Shown here piece by piece: positions 27,167 through 38,278 of a DNA stretch of 64,000 nt. Position 1 is the first letter of the stretch. Every line of letters begins with the position of its first letter. The position numbers were made by a program, and so were the translations under genes. A model generated the notes under the pieces. That model saw nothing but the letters and a program-made list of their open reading frames with translations, was not told where the DNA came from and did no database searches. This stretch comes from Chlorokybus atmophyticus (lineage: Eukaryota; Plantae; Mesostigma and Chlorokybus algae). The DNA lies in contig RHPI01002918.1 of assembly GCA_009103225.1 (NCBI GenBank), positions 12,237-76,236 on the forward strand, written 5' to 3'.

Positions 27167-27217
27167 AGTGCCTTGGATGGCGGCGTTGATGAGGGCGAGG
27201 GGGTCGTCAGCTGCCAT
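24101..27217 (-). CDS. Right-handed parallel beta-helix protein resembling GH110-like/bacterial polysaccharide-active enzymes; multi-exon
   Basis: Motifs include INAAIQDGKNEVTIPPGTYRL, LELRDCKDVTITGLEIDYDPLPFTQG, SIRAAPGMGLVET, LLATNWDAILH...IEHCGDDG, HRILIKASDGVVENNT and ITIESNTIENGCGVDIGVVGAKGVSITNNKF. These are repeated beta-helix rungs with I.NN motifs. The exact family is not confirmed. Confidence 0.75.
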
Positions 27218-28958
27218 GTTGCCGATGGTGAAGGAGAAGAATGCTGTACAGCAGAAATCGCTTCTGAGCCAGTGGACTATATCACAGTCAAGCGCCAACT
27301 GTACCGCCTAAAGCATCATCTAGTTGTATCTCTCGTGACAACTGTCATGTGACGTGACAGCTCCCTGATGTGCGGTTGGGAAAAAGCCAGTCTCTCTGCT
27401 GTGAGGTGATGCGCATGTGTGGAGGGTGAGCCTGGTGCTGATGTTACAGCCCAGGCTCACCTTGTGTGATGTGCACTGAGTGAGGGAGCATTACCCGAGG
27501 TGTATCAGTAGAAGGTGAGGGCCCCTCACCCACTACTGCTACGAACAACTGGAAGAAAACAGAGTCAGGTGGGTCTCGCAAAGTGACTGCGGACTGGAGT
27601 GGAAGCTGAGCGAGCTCCAGTGCAGCTGAAATCTGGGTGTACAAAGTTTCAGTCGTTATGACACAGCATAGACACAAGATGGCGACGGTGTGCTGGGTAG
27701 GCAGCTACGCATGCTAGCATGGCGTTGCACATACACTCCATTGTCTCATGCTTGCACATAACATGCACATTTACCACCATGGTCATCACAATGATGGCAT
27801 GCAGTCATCAACATGGGCATTCGCTTCTGCGAGGCGCCCTGTGCAAGCCGCTGACGGGGCATAACTACACGGGTTGGCAAAAGGGCTCGGTGACATGGCT
27901 GATCTACAAGTTGTTGGCTCACCCACCACAACCGGGTTGTCTTGCTGGCGGGGGAGCGTGTGAGCGCAAATCTACAGGTTCGTTTGTTGGCTAGCATGTT
28001 GTTTGGGCCAGCCCCCTGTAGCTTTTGATTGTTGCTTGCTGCTGCCTGTCTGCCTTGGCTATCCTGCACTGTTGAATGTAGACCAAAATTACGAAACAAA
28101 GTTGCTATATTTTTGAGATGCAGCTCTTATCGATAAATCCAATTCAGCTGGTGAGCAATCGTTGCAGGTTTCTGCCTTGATTGACTGCTATGCGTTCTAA
28201 TTTGCGCATGGGTGCGCGTGTGCAAATGTGAATCGGCATTTTTGCCATGGTCGTGCGTAATGCACCCGCTGTAAGTATAAGGTATTGTAATTCATGCAAG
28301 CAAGCAAGCAACCATCATCACCGCCCCATCATATATAGCATAAACAACAGCAAAACTAGGCCAGGGGGTATAGCTCTTTTACCAACTACCGCTAGGACAT
28401 CCTCTAGCCTATGTGCGTGCTATGTGCAATGCAATGGGACCCAGGCCCAGGCAAGGGTATTGACAACATAACTGGTACAAGAAGTAGGTAGCGTGTCATC
28501 ATGATGTACTCGCATGGTAAATGAGGTGTAGCAAGCTACTGCAAACGGCAATGCAATTACTAGAGCTACATTGCAAGCTTGCACTTATCTGATACGCTTG
28601 CATGGTAATACAAATAATACATCTACATACAGAACTTATGTGCACAGGAAGACGCTACAATGCATCAAATGCCGTGCATCGAGCCACTGTACAACAAAGT
28701 TCATACCACAGCAAGATAAACACATGTGAGAACAAAACAACTGGCAAACTCACACACAAAAAGAGTACCTCTTTGTACGTGGCAGTATCAGTCCAACAAT
28801 CAGAGCCAGCAGTGGCAGGTTATCTGAACTCATGCAGAGCGCAGGACTGGCACACGTTCAGCCAGCATGCACCAAGAGAGTATGTACAACACCAAATGTA
28901 CACATGGACCAAAGCTTACACCAATACTGAAGGCTCAGTAGCTTACTTCCACGGCAGA

Positions 28959-31900
28959 CTATCTCTTGCGCCGCTTTTTGTGCCGTTTGTCATCTTCACT
29001 TTCACTCTCGCTCTCACTTTCGCTCTCAGACTCGCTGCTATCAGTGTCAGTGCTGCTGTCCGTGTCGCTGCTTTCAGTGTCAGACTCGGAGCTATCGCTG
29101 CCGGATGGCTCGGCCGGGCGCTGCTGCTGCATGATGATCTTGGGCATGTTTTTGAGGTACTCGCGCAGGCTGTCGGTGAGGCCGCCTAGACCAATGGAGG
29201 TGAAGTAGTTAATGGCGAAACGCGTGTTCTTCGGCGTGTCTTTAGGGAACAGACCCTCGAAGCTGTCCTTCATGTAAGGGTCGTTGAGTCTCTCGTTCAG
29301 CTTGCGCAGGCCGAGGTGTTCTGACAGTTCTTGGAACAAGATCTTGATGAATATGCGACTGGAGCTGGTGGTGTCTTCCTCAGTCAATCTGATGTATGCC
29401 AGAGTGGTCCATGGAAGCGCGTCTGTCGCCAGCAGATGCGCATAGAACTTAGCCACATTACGGAGCTTGTTGGTCTCGAGCCTGTGTATCATCGCATACT
29501 GCTTGGCAAAGCAATCGTCAAACAATTGCTGGTATATCTTGTTCAACCGGCAGAAGCGCTCCCCCAACAAACCATAATACCGCAGGTATGTGCGCTCCTG
29601 TAGAAATGACAGAACATAAGCAACATGCAGTATATGAAACTAAATTCTGCGGTGCAAAATCCCAATCCCTGCGATCTCCACAACGTACCTGAGAGCAACA
29701 TTCAAGCATCATGGTGCACAGCTCGATCTCTTGACCTGGAGCCAACTGAATCTTCATCAGCTTGTGACCAGCTTCTTCAAAATCAACAGACGACATGATG
29801 GTGAGGTAGATGGTACGCCGCAGGTTGACGAGATTTGTTGCCGTTTCATCTTGGATGCGCATCTGCACACAACAGCTGTCAGTCGGATGCCCCCACCAAC
29901 CTATGCTTCGGTAGATGCCACTCAAACAAGAGAAGCAGCATGGCGCACAGTATGGCGAATAACCGTAAGTAGACCAGTCAACATGATGTACGAGCACACC
30001 TTTTCCTCGTCTTCTTCCTCATCTTCTTCCTCTGACTCCTCTTCATCGCTGCCTTCCTCAGATTTCTCTTCTTCTTCTTCATCCTCAACGTCCAGTATCT
30101 CTTTCTTGATAGCTTCATACTTCGCTTCATTCTCCGTGTAATTAGGATCCACCTGCAAAGACACAATGTCAACAGACTGCGAGCACACGCCATCACGCAC
30201 AGCAAGGGTAACAGGCGCATGCGTAAGCGATGGCGCGTACCTTGAAGACGTCCAGGTTACTTTCCGGGGTGAGCTCATCGTCCAGTGAAATCTCATGAGT
30301 GATCTGATCTTCCTCCTCAACCAGGTCCAGGTTCTCAGGGACACCTGGGTGATCCTTGAAGCCGCCCTTTCGCACCTGCAGAGACAAGAAGTTCACAATG
30401 CAGTTGACAAAAGTGGTCACATGAAGAACAAGAACACATTTTGCGTTTAAGCCCTACTCACCGCAAATAGGCCTTCTATCATGAACTGCACTCGCTTGTC
30501 GATGGTGCCCTCGTGCAGGATGCCACGGAACCGCTCAAATATGGAGTGAAGGCCAGTGGGGCTGAGATCTTGTAGCGTCTTGCCACACTCCTTCACAAAA
30601 GCAACAGCAAGCTCCACGCTGTCGTCAGTAGGCCGCTCCAGCAGCAGTGCCAGAATCTGAAACAACAACCGCCACAAACCAAGTTTATTGACATAAATGC
30701 ACACTCTTGTTGCTCGATTTAATCAACAATGGCGTATTTAGCACTTACCTCAAGTGCTAGCAGCTCGTGAGCGACATGCTGGTTTACGAGATGAGCCAAG
30801 AACACAGACGCTGCCATGCATACAGGTTTGTCGTTGCGCTTGTATGCTCGCCGGAACTGCAATACAGCCCTTTTCAGCAACAACTCTCCAAGCTCCGGGA
30901 GCTTGGTATTTACAACTGCAGCCAATGCTGCATAAACGGGTGTAAAGGCTGGAGACGCCATCTGTGACTTCATTAACGAGCGCGCAAAAAGTCCACGCCC
31001 GCGCACCAAGTTCTCCGACAACAACTCTGGTAGCAAATTGGCCAGGTTGCTAGTGTTAACCTAGATTCAGTCACATAACAGGTTAGGAACACTGCATAAG
31101 CGCATGTCCAACACTGCAACAGCAAAGGTGCTCACGCACCTTGTTCACCAGCCCGTTGATGGACTTCCTCAATGCATCCCATGACATGCGCTGGAACTCA
31201 GCACTAGCCTTGTCGTCAACGTCGCGCATCATTTGGGCCAGCTTGAAAGGTGGAACATACACACCACCCGTACGGCCGGCAGGCACAACCTTGCGAACTG
31301 GCTTTGCTGGCTCATCTTGCACCCTGGCATCTGAATCGCGCGCAATCTGCAGAGTCTAGGGTCAGAGTGACTACAACCGCAATGCATGTATCCTATGAGT
31401 TGCTAGAAGACAGTGTGTCGTGCATTGCCAAGGCATTAGTCACGAACAAATGGTGGACGTAGTCATACATAGCATGCTGCATAACAAAAAAACTGGCAAC
31501 ACAATACAACATGGACAGCAAGAAATGCAGAGCGTTTACTTGACGGCAAACGCGCATGCACACTCTACACGGCCAACCACAGAGCGTGACATGTCTGGTA
31601 GTAACTTGTCGCAAAGCACACTACCACAACTGAGCAACATGGCATGCCTGAAGCAAACAACTACTGTTATCGCAAACGCCATTCACCAACATGAACCGGA
31701 TGCGCACAACTGATTACACCTGCTTGACGCTTGATGTTAGAGCTACAACCATGCATCACCGATACACCGAAACGAGAGGTTGTAACGTCCGCAAGGTTGT
31801 AACGTCCAGGAAGGGCTCAATGTACAAACAATGTAACTGAAACTCACAGAAGTACACCACCTGCATGCAATATGCTGGCAACTGGCAAGCAATGCAGTGA

Positions 31901-32608
31901 TCGCACAAGAGTTGCATGCGCTCATACCTCTTTGGTAGCGCCGTTTGCTGCGGCTCCATCGTTTTCATCCCCATTCCTAGACCTGTAGCGGTCCTCCTTG
32001 ACATCATTGCTGCGGCGCTCCGCACGATCATACCCATCCCTGTCAGTGCGGTCGCGCCTATCCCTGCCCCTGTCCCTCTCCCTCTCATCATAATCACGAT
32101 CCCGACCCCGCTCCCTGTCTCTGCGAGAGTCCCGGTCCCGATCCCTCTCCCGGTCTCTACGACGGTTCCTCTCCCGGTCTCTGTCACGGTCTCCATCTCT
32201 TTCCCTCTCTCTATCCCTGTCTCTCTCTCCGTCCCTATCTCTGGCCCTGTCTCTCTCCCTATCTCTATCCCTATCCCTGTCGCCCTCCCTGTCTCGCTCC
32301 CTGTCTCCCTCTCTTCGCCCCTCCCTTCTCCTGTTCCCGTTGTCACCATCATCCTGGCGCTCCCTCCCTTCGTCTCCCTCTTGACGCACGTCGGCGGCAT
32401 TATCATCTTCCGCAGCCTTCTTCTTCTCAGCTTCAGCGCCGTCGTCCTCATTGTACACATCGGCTACCAGGCCCGGCTCCGCATGCTCCCCCTCCTTCCC
32501 ATTGTCCTTAGCAGCCGCAGGCGATGACGAGGGGCTGGCTTCTCCTTCCTCGCTGTCGGAGGAAGAAGAGCTTCGGGAGGACGAGCTCCGGCTACGCCTC
32601 CGGGCCAT
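28959..32608 (-). CDS. CWC22: Pre-mRNA splicing factor CWC22 (MIF4G + MA3), RD/RS-rich N-terminus
   Basis: Motifs [78 protein letters not shown] and [14 protein letters not shown]...[23 protein letters not shown] are the conserved CWC22 signatures. Confidence 0.97.
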
Positions 32609-32674
32609 TGCACCCGACGACACCGCGAAGGCCGCCGCGGCCAACGCCAACGCCGCCGCCGCTCACCAGCCCAC

Positions 32675-32683
32675 AAACCCTAA
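32675..32683. promoter_or_regulatory. Telo-box cluster upstream of CWC22
   Basis: AAACCCTAATTTT at 32675 is the same 13-mer as at 15554. Weaker copies are GCCCTAATT (about 32708) and AACCCTAATT (32770). Confidence 0.55.
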
Positions 32684-33570
32684 TTTTAGCATGCAAGGCC
32701 TAAGCAAGCCCTAATTGCCGTTTGGTCGTTAGACTCGGTCAACTCTGACTGAATCAAGTCACGGATTTCAACCCTAATTGCTGCTCAAGGGGCATGTAGC
32801 GCCGATATCTGCGTTTGTACGGCTAGACTGAAATCTAATTCACGTAACGTGGTTGTCTTTAGCTACGTTGGCATCGCCTATGTCGCTGGTCATGTCGCTG
32901 GCTATGTTGCCGCCCTCGAGGGCTGTGGCGGGCTATGGCGGGCGATCCGGACGCTTTCTGACGCAGAGCTTGCTGGGGGGGTACAACGCGATGCACGCAT
33001 GTTTTTAGATCCTGGGTGTCTGTGACACTGCTGTAGCATAGATCAGCTTGTCGTGAAAGCACTCTTGCAAGCATTTGCTTTGCCTTATGGTCAAGCTTGG
33101 CAGCATGGTGCAAGCTGACTGGCAGTGAGGTATTGCAGCCGTCAACAACTGGTTATGCGCCTGGTGAATGTCTGCATCTATGCATGAATCTTGCAAGATG
33201 ACTCGAGTAACAGACCAACCATTATCCAATATGCCCTCCAAACCTGGTTGTCTAGCTACCTGGCTGCACAATGTGCTCGAAGTGTTGAAATTGATGTCTC
33301 TGGAGACAACTCTACTAGAGCTAACTGAGCTGCTGTAAGTTGGGCTTGGTTGCTTTGGTTTCCTGGAGCGACCACTGTTTGCTGACCTCGAATGCTTTGG
33401 TTCCTAAGCATACTAATCTGCCAGGCAAATTGAATTAAGTTGACGGTGGGCCATTGGTACTGGGGTTGTGCTTGTAATTGACAAAAAGCAAGGTCACCAT
33501 GACAGTCATTCAGCGTACTGTTGCAGGCACTGAATGCGCTTGGCCAAGTGTCAAGTGCTTGAGAACAACA

Positions 33571-36474
33571 ATGCGCACCACACAGCTGCTCCGGCATGCC
33601 AGTAGCCTGAAGCAGGCCATTGCAGCAAGAAGTGCACTGCGCGTGTCCAGTGCACTTCATGTTCGCAGCTGTACCTCGGCTTCACAGCATGCAGAGGAAC
33701 CTTCCAGCAGCACCTTTGTCTCAACCGCTGCAGCCGTTGGTGCAGCCGTTGGTGGCATTGGCACGCTGCTGCTGTCCTACTCAGTAAGCCGTTAGATGAC
33801 AGCTGTCACAGTACTTACTGCTGTTATTACTTATGTTGGACACATTGCGAGTCGTTGACTTGTCTGGACTTTATGTATGTTGTCTACAGTGGGCTAGCCA
33901 GTCTGTAAAGGCGGAGGCAGCCAAGACAACGCCAGCGCCCGGCAGTGTGATCTCCGGCTTGCCTGAGTATACTCGCAAAGACGTGGAGAAGCATGCAACT
34001 GATCAGGACCGCATATGGGTCACATACAAGGATGGTGTCTATGACATCACAGATTTTGTAAGTGATGTCACAAATGTATAATTCAGGTCTCAAGCTTACA
34101 TGCACAGTACTTGACCAACAATTTTACGCTGAAGGCCGCGTTGCCAGGTTGATGCGCATCCAGGCGGACGCGGGAAGATCACATTGGCAGCTGGCGCTGA
34201 TATCGGGCCCTTTTGGGCGATGTACCAACAACATGCGAATCCACAGGTGCGAGTTCTGCTACTACAGTTGCCATGCACTCTTGTGCACACTGGTAGAGTC
34301 CATCTTCATGGCAACATGTACTGATTGCCTTACTAGACACTTGATGTTGTGTTGTTTGCATGTGGCAATGCTAACAGCAAACCCGATGGTACTCGCAGGT
34401 GCAGGATTTGCTAGAAGAACTTCGCATTGGTAACTTGGCAGCAGCTGACCGCGCAACAAAGGTAGGCCATGATGGTTGCATTTTGTGCTGCCAGCCACCA
34501 GTTGCAGTCACTAGTAAAGGCATCATGCATCTACTCGCGCAATTGCCAAGTTGTCTTCTTCGCTCAGATTGTAATGGAAGACCCGTACAAGAATGAACCA
34601 CCACGGCACCGAGCGCTTGTCGTGCGCAGCCAAAAGCCGTTCAATGCAGAGGTGCCATACACGATTGCTGCCGAGCAATTCAACACCCCGAACGAGTTAT
34701 TCTACGTGCGCAACCATCTTCCTGTACCCAAGGTGAAGGCGGTTGTACGAACTTCCCAATGTAAATGTGACTTGCAAAAGGTGGGAGTTGTTCATGGTGG
34801 ACATGCGGTTGCTACAGGTGGATGCCAAAGAGTACGAGTTGACGGTTACCGGTGAAGGCGCCAAGCTGCTGAAGCTCAGCCTTGATGATCTGAAAACCAA
34901 GTTCAAGAAACAATATGTGACCAGCACAGTTCAATGCGCTGGTGAGTGTGCACTCACCGGCATTCACAATGTTGCAACGGCGATCAATGGATAAGAGTCT
35001 TGTGCTGCACTAGGCAATAGGCGCAATGAGATGACGCGACTGAAACCTGTCAAGGGTGGTGAGTGGGAGTTTGGCGCCATCAGCAATGCGACGTGGGCTG
35101 GCGCAAAGCTGAGCGACGTGCTTGCTGAGGCTGGTGTCGACCTCAATTCAGGTGCACATACAGCTATATGCATAGGTGTATGAGAACCTGCTATTCTGGT
35201 TGAGTAACACACGAATAGTAGCTTGATATCCTGGTGTTTGCCTTCCATTGCAGTGGCTGCAGGTGTGCAACATGTCCAGTTTGAAGGTCTTGACAAGGAC
35301 ATCAGCAGCATTCATTATGGAGCTTCCATACCAGGTACACGTTCAATGGTATATGCTGGTCAAGTACAACTTGATCTATGCGTTTTTCAGATGTGGGTTG
35401 TCTTACCCCACTGCTTGCCTTGCAGCCGATAAAGCCCTAAACCCTTTCAACGATGTCATTCTTGCCTATGAGATGAATGGCGAGGAGCTGCCCGCAGATC
35501 ATGGCTACCCTGTCAGGGTTGTAGTTCCCGGTGTTGTTGGGGCGCGACAGGTCGGTGATGACCTAGTCTCTGATGAACTGGATGTTGTTGGGGTGGGCTA
35601 TGTGATTAAGCAAGTGTCTTGTTCTTGTGAGACACACACCATGGTTCTTGCTGCCGCTGATGGCGTGTCAATGCGCGTTTGTGATACCTTGCAGGTGAAG
35701 TGGTTGTCCAAGATAGTCACCAGCTCGGACGAGTCCTCGTCCCATTGGCAGCAGGCGGATTACAAGGCTTTCTCACCCAACGTTGACTGGGATAATGTTG
35801 ATTGGAAGGCAGCGCCTCCCATTCAAGATTGCCCTGTCACCAGTGCCATTTGCGAGCCTCTACCCGACACACACGTTCCTGCTGGGTAAGTGTAATGTGC
35901 TGCCAAGCCATTTAGAACCTGTGCACATGCATACCTGTCTCTGTGTGCGTGTGTCGTTGAGTGTGTGCACAAGCTGTCAGCGTCTGACAATTCACACACA
36001 CAGGACCTATGAGCTCATGGTCCGAGGGTATGCTTACTCGGGAGGTGGGAAAGGCGTGATCCGCGTGGACGTGTCTGGTGACGGCGGCAAGACTTGGCAC
36101 ACGGCTGATCTGATCAAACCTAAACAGCCTCCAGGACGTGTCTGGGCATGGACCCAATGGAAGGTTGGGTTCGATAGCTTTTTCCAATTCCCTGCTATGC
36201 ATGACGCATGTTGTGCGTAGCAACAGGGCGTTGTAAACATGCCAAGTAATACACTGTATTTCTGGTATGGCTTTTGCGTATCGTTGGTGACTTTGATGAC
36301 TGCTCGCAGGTTGACATTCCGCTACCCAAGGATGCTTCAGGCAAACTGGAACTGTGCTGCAAGGCCGTGGATGAGTCTTACAATACACAGCCGGAGTCCA
36401 TCGCACCGATATGGAACTTGCGAGGAGTCATCAACAACGCGTGGCATCGCGTACCAGTCGTAATTGAGAAGTAA
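33571..36474 (+). CDS. SUOX: Sulfite oxidase with N-terminal cytochrome b5 heme domain, Mo-cofactor and dimerisation domains (animal-type architecture)
   Basis: An Arg/Ser/Ala-rich presequence and a hydrophobic segment come first. The b5 domain reads [22 protein letters not shown]...[15 protein letters not shown]. The Mo domain reads [66 protein letters not shown]. The C-terminal part reads [12 protein letters not shown]...[14 protein letters not shown]. Confidence 0.96.
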
Positions 36475-36757
36475 AGGATCGCACCATCTGTCTGACAGCA
36501 ATTGTGACTGCCTTGAGCACTAGTATACACCTGATCTCCTCACACACTGCATGTCCATGATATCAAGAGCGACCAACCTGAAGTTGTGTGAGCTTGTAGA
36601 AGCTTATCACGAGCTACGGATTGCACACTACTGTTTGTGTTGTGCTTGGTTTTCCAAGCAGTTCTGTCCGTTGTTGGGAGCTATATATCAAAATAGTTTG
36701 CGCATTTGCGAATGTGTGTACGACATATAGGATGCTGGGATGTGTGCATAAGGGGGG

Positions 36758-37245
36758 GGTTTACGAGATGAGCCAAGAACACAGACGCTGCCATGCATAC
36801 AGGTTTGTCGTTGCGCTTGTATGCTCGCCGGAACTGCAATACAGCCCTTTTCAGCAACAACTCTCCAAGCTCCGGGAGCTTGGTATTTACAACTGCAGCC
36901 AATGCTGCATAAACGGGTGTAAAGGCTGGAGACGCCATCTGTGACTTCATTAACGAGCGCGCAAAAAGTCCACGCCCGCGCACCAAGTTCTCCGACAACA
37001 ACTCTGGTAGCAAATTGGCCAGGTTGCTAGTGTTAACCTAGATTCAGTCACATAACAGGTTAGGAACACTGCATAAGCGCATGTCCAACACTGCAACAGC
37101 AAAGGTGCTCACGCACCTTGTTCACCAGCCCGTTGATGGACTTCCTCAATGCATCCCATGACATGCGCTGGAACTCAGCACTAGCCTTGTCGTCAACGTC
37201 GCGCATCATTTGGGCCAGCTTGAAAGGTGGAACATACACACCACC
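36758..37245. repeat. 488-bp direct copy of CWC22 genomic segment 30781-31268
   Basis: I found no differences between the two copies by eye, including the intron (31061-31139). The copy is flanked by a G8 run on the left and by a single N plus GGGG on the right. Confidence 0.95.
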
Positions 37246-38278
37246 NGGGGGTTAACACGTCTAAAATCAGGCTGCAGGCAGCTCGCATGCGCGCATGTGA
37301 GTTTCCGCAGCCCGACTACTCAACTCCTGCGGCTGGAGGACGGAGAACGGCGGAGCACACAGCCAGCTGCCTCAGTTGCCGCCTGGCCGCGCCCTGGCCC
37401 ACTTCCGCTCTCGCACTATTTCACAAAGGGACACAAGGCACTACAGTGTAGTGTGCGGCAGTGTACCGCCAACATCTTCTGGCACCAAGGACGGTGTGAC
37501 CGTGTCTTTGCGGCAGCTGTTGACAGTGACAGCAGCGGCTGCTACTTGCCGCCATCAAAACGTTGTCAGTCACATGATGTGACAGTGATTTTGTGCATCT
37601 GTTACCGATGCTGCGTTTCGTAAGCTTGCACTGTCCCGTCAGGTCCTGTGCTGGGCTGTCGTGTCTCTTTTCGTATACAGGAAGCGCAGGAGCTGATTGT
37701 TGGGGTCAACCTCGGATGCAGTATTTCGAAAGGAGCGCCGAGGGGCAAGTATGCCCACCCCAGTAAGTTGTTGAGTGGCTGGATGCATCTTGTTCGGCCG
37801 TCACCTAGCCTCCCCTACACGCACAGGTTGCACAGAATGTTGCAAGCAATTTACAGAGGGGCCAAACCTTATCGTGGGCATGGCCACTGTAGGGTGTGTT
37901 GAGGTTGGAGGTCGAGCTTGTTTGTCCAACCACGCAGGCATGAGTGCGTTTGTGCATAGACATGCTGCAACCTGTCTTGGTCAGGCTGCTGACACTGTTA
38001 ACGTGGGGCGCACCGTTGGGTGTCACTCACCAGTATGCTGCAGTTACTCCGGTTGGTCCACTGTCTGTCTCCAGCATTGATGCAACATACTTTAGTTGCT
38101 ATCCCAGGGTGTTATTCCAGGTGTCATGTCGAATGTTGTTGCGCCACTGGCGTTTTGCGTCCAACCTACTTGAGAATCATGCAATTGTCTGGTTCAACCC
38201 GCTATAACACTCGTGTTTCTCTATTCCAGCAGGAAACGCAAGACAATTCAGCTGTCCGTTTGTCTTCTGCAAGACAAC

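Noticed and set aside
27444-28099. Short ORFs between the beta-helix gene and CWC22
   Set aside because: No recognisable motifs or consistent exon chain were found.
31916-32527. 203-aa Pro/Val/Ser-rich ORF (also 8159-8548 and 8262-8813 on -)
   Set aside because: These are antisense shadows of the CWC22 RD repeats and of the acidic tandem-repeat exon.
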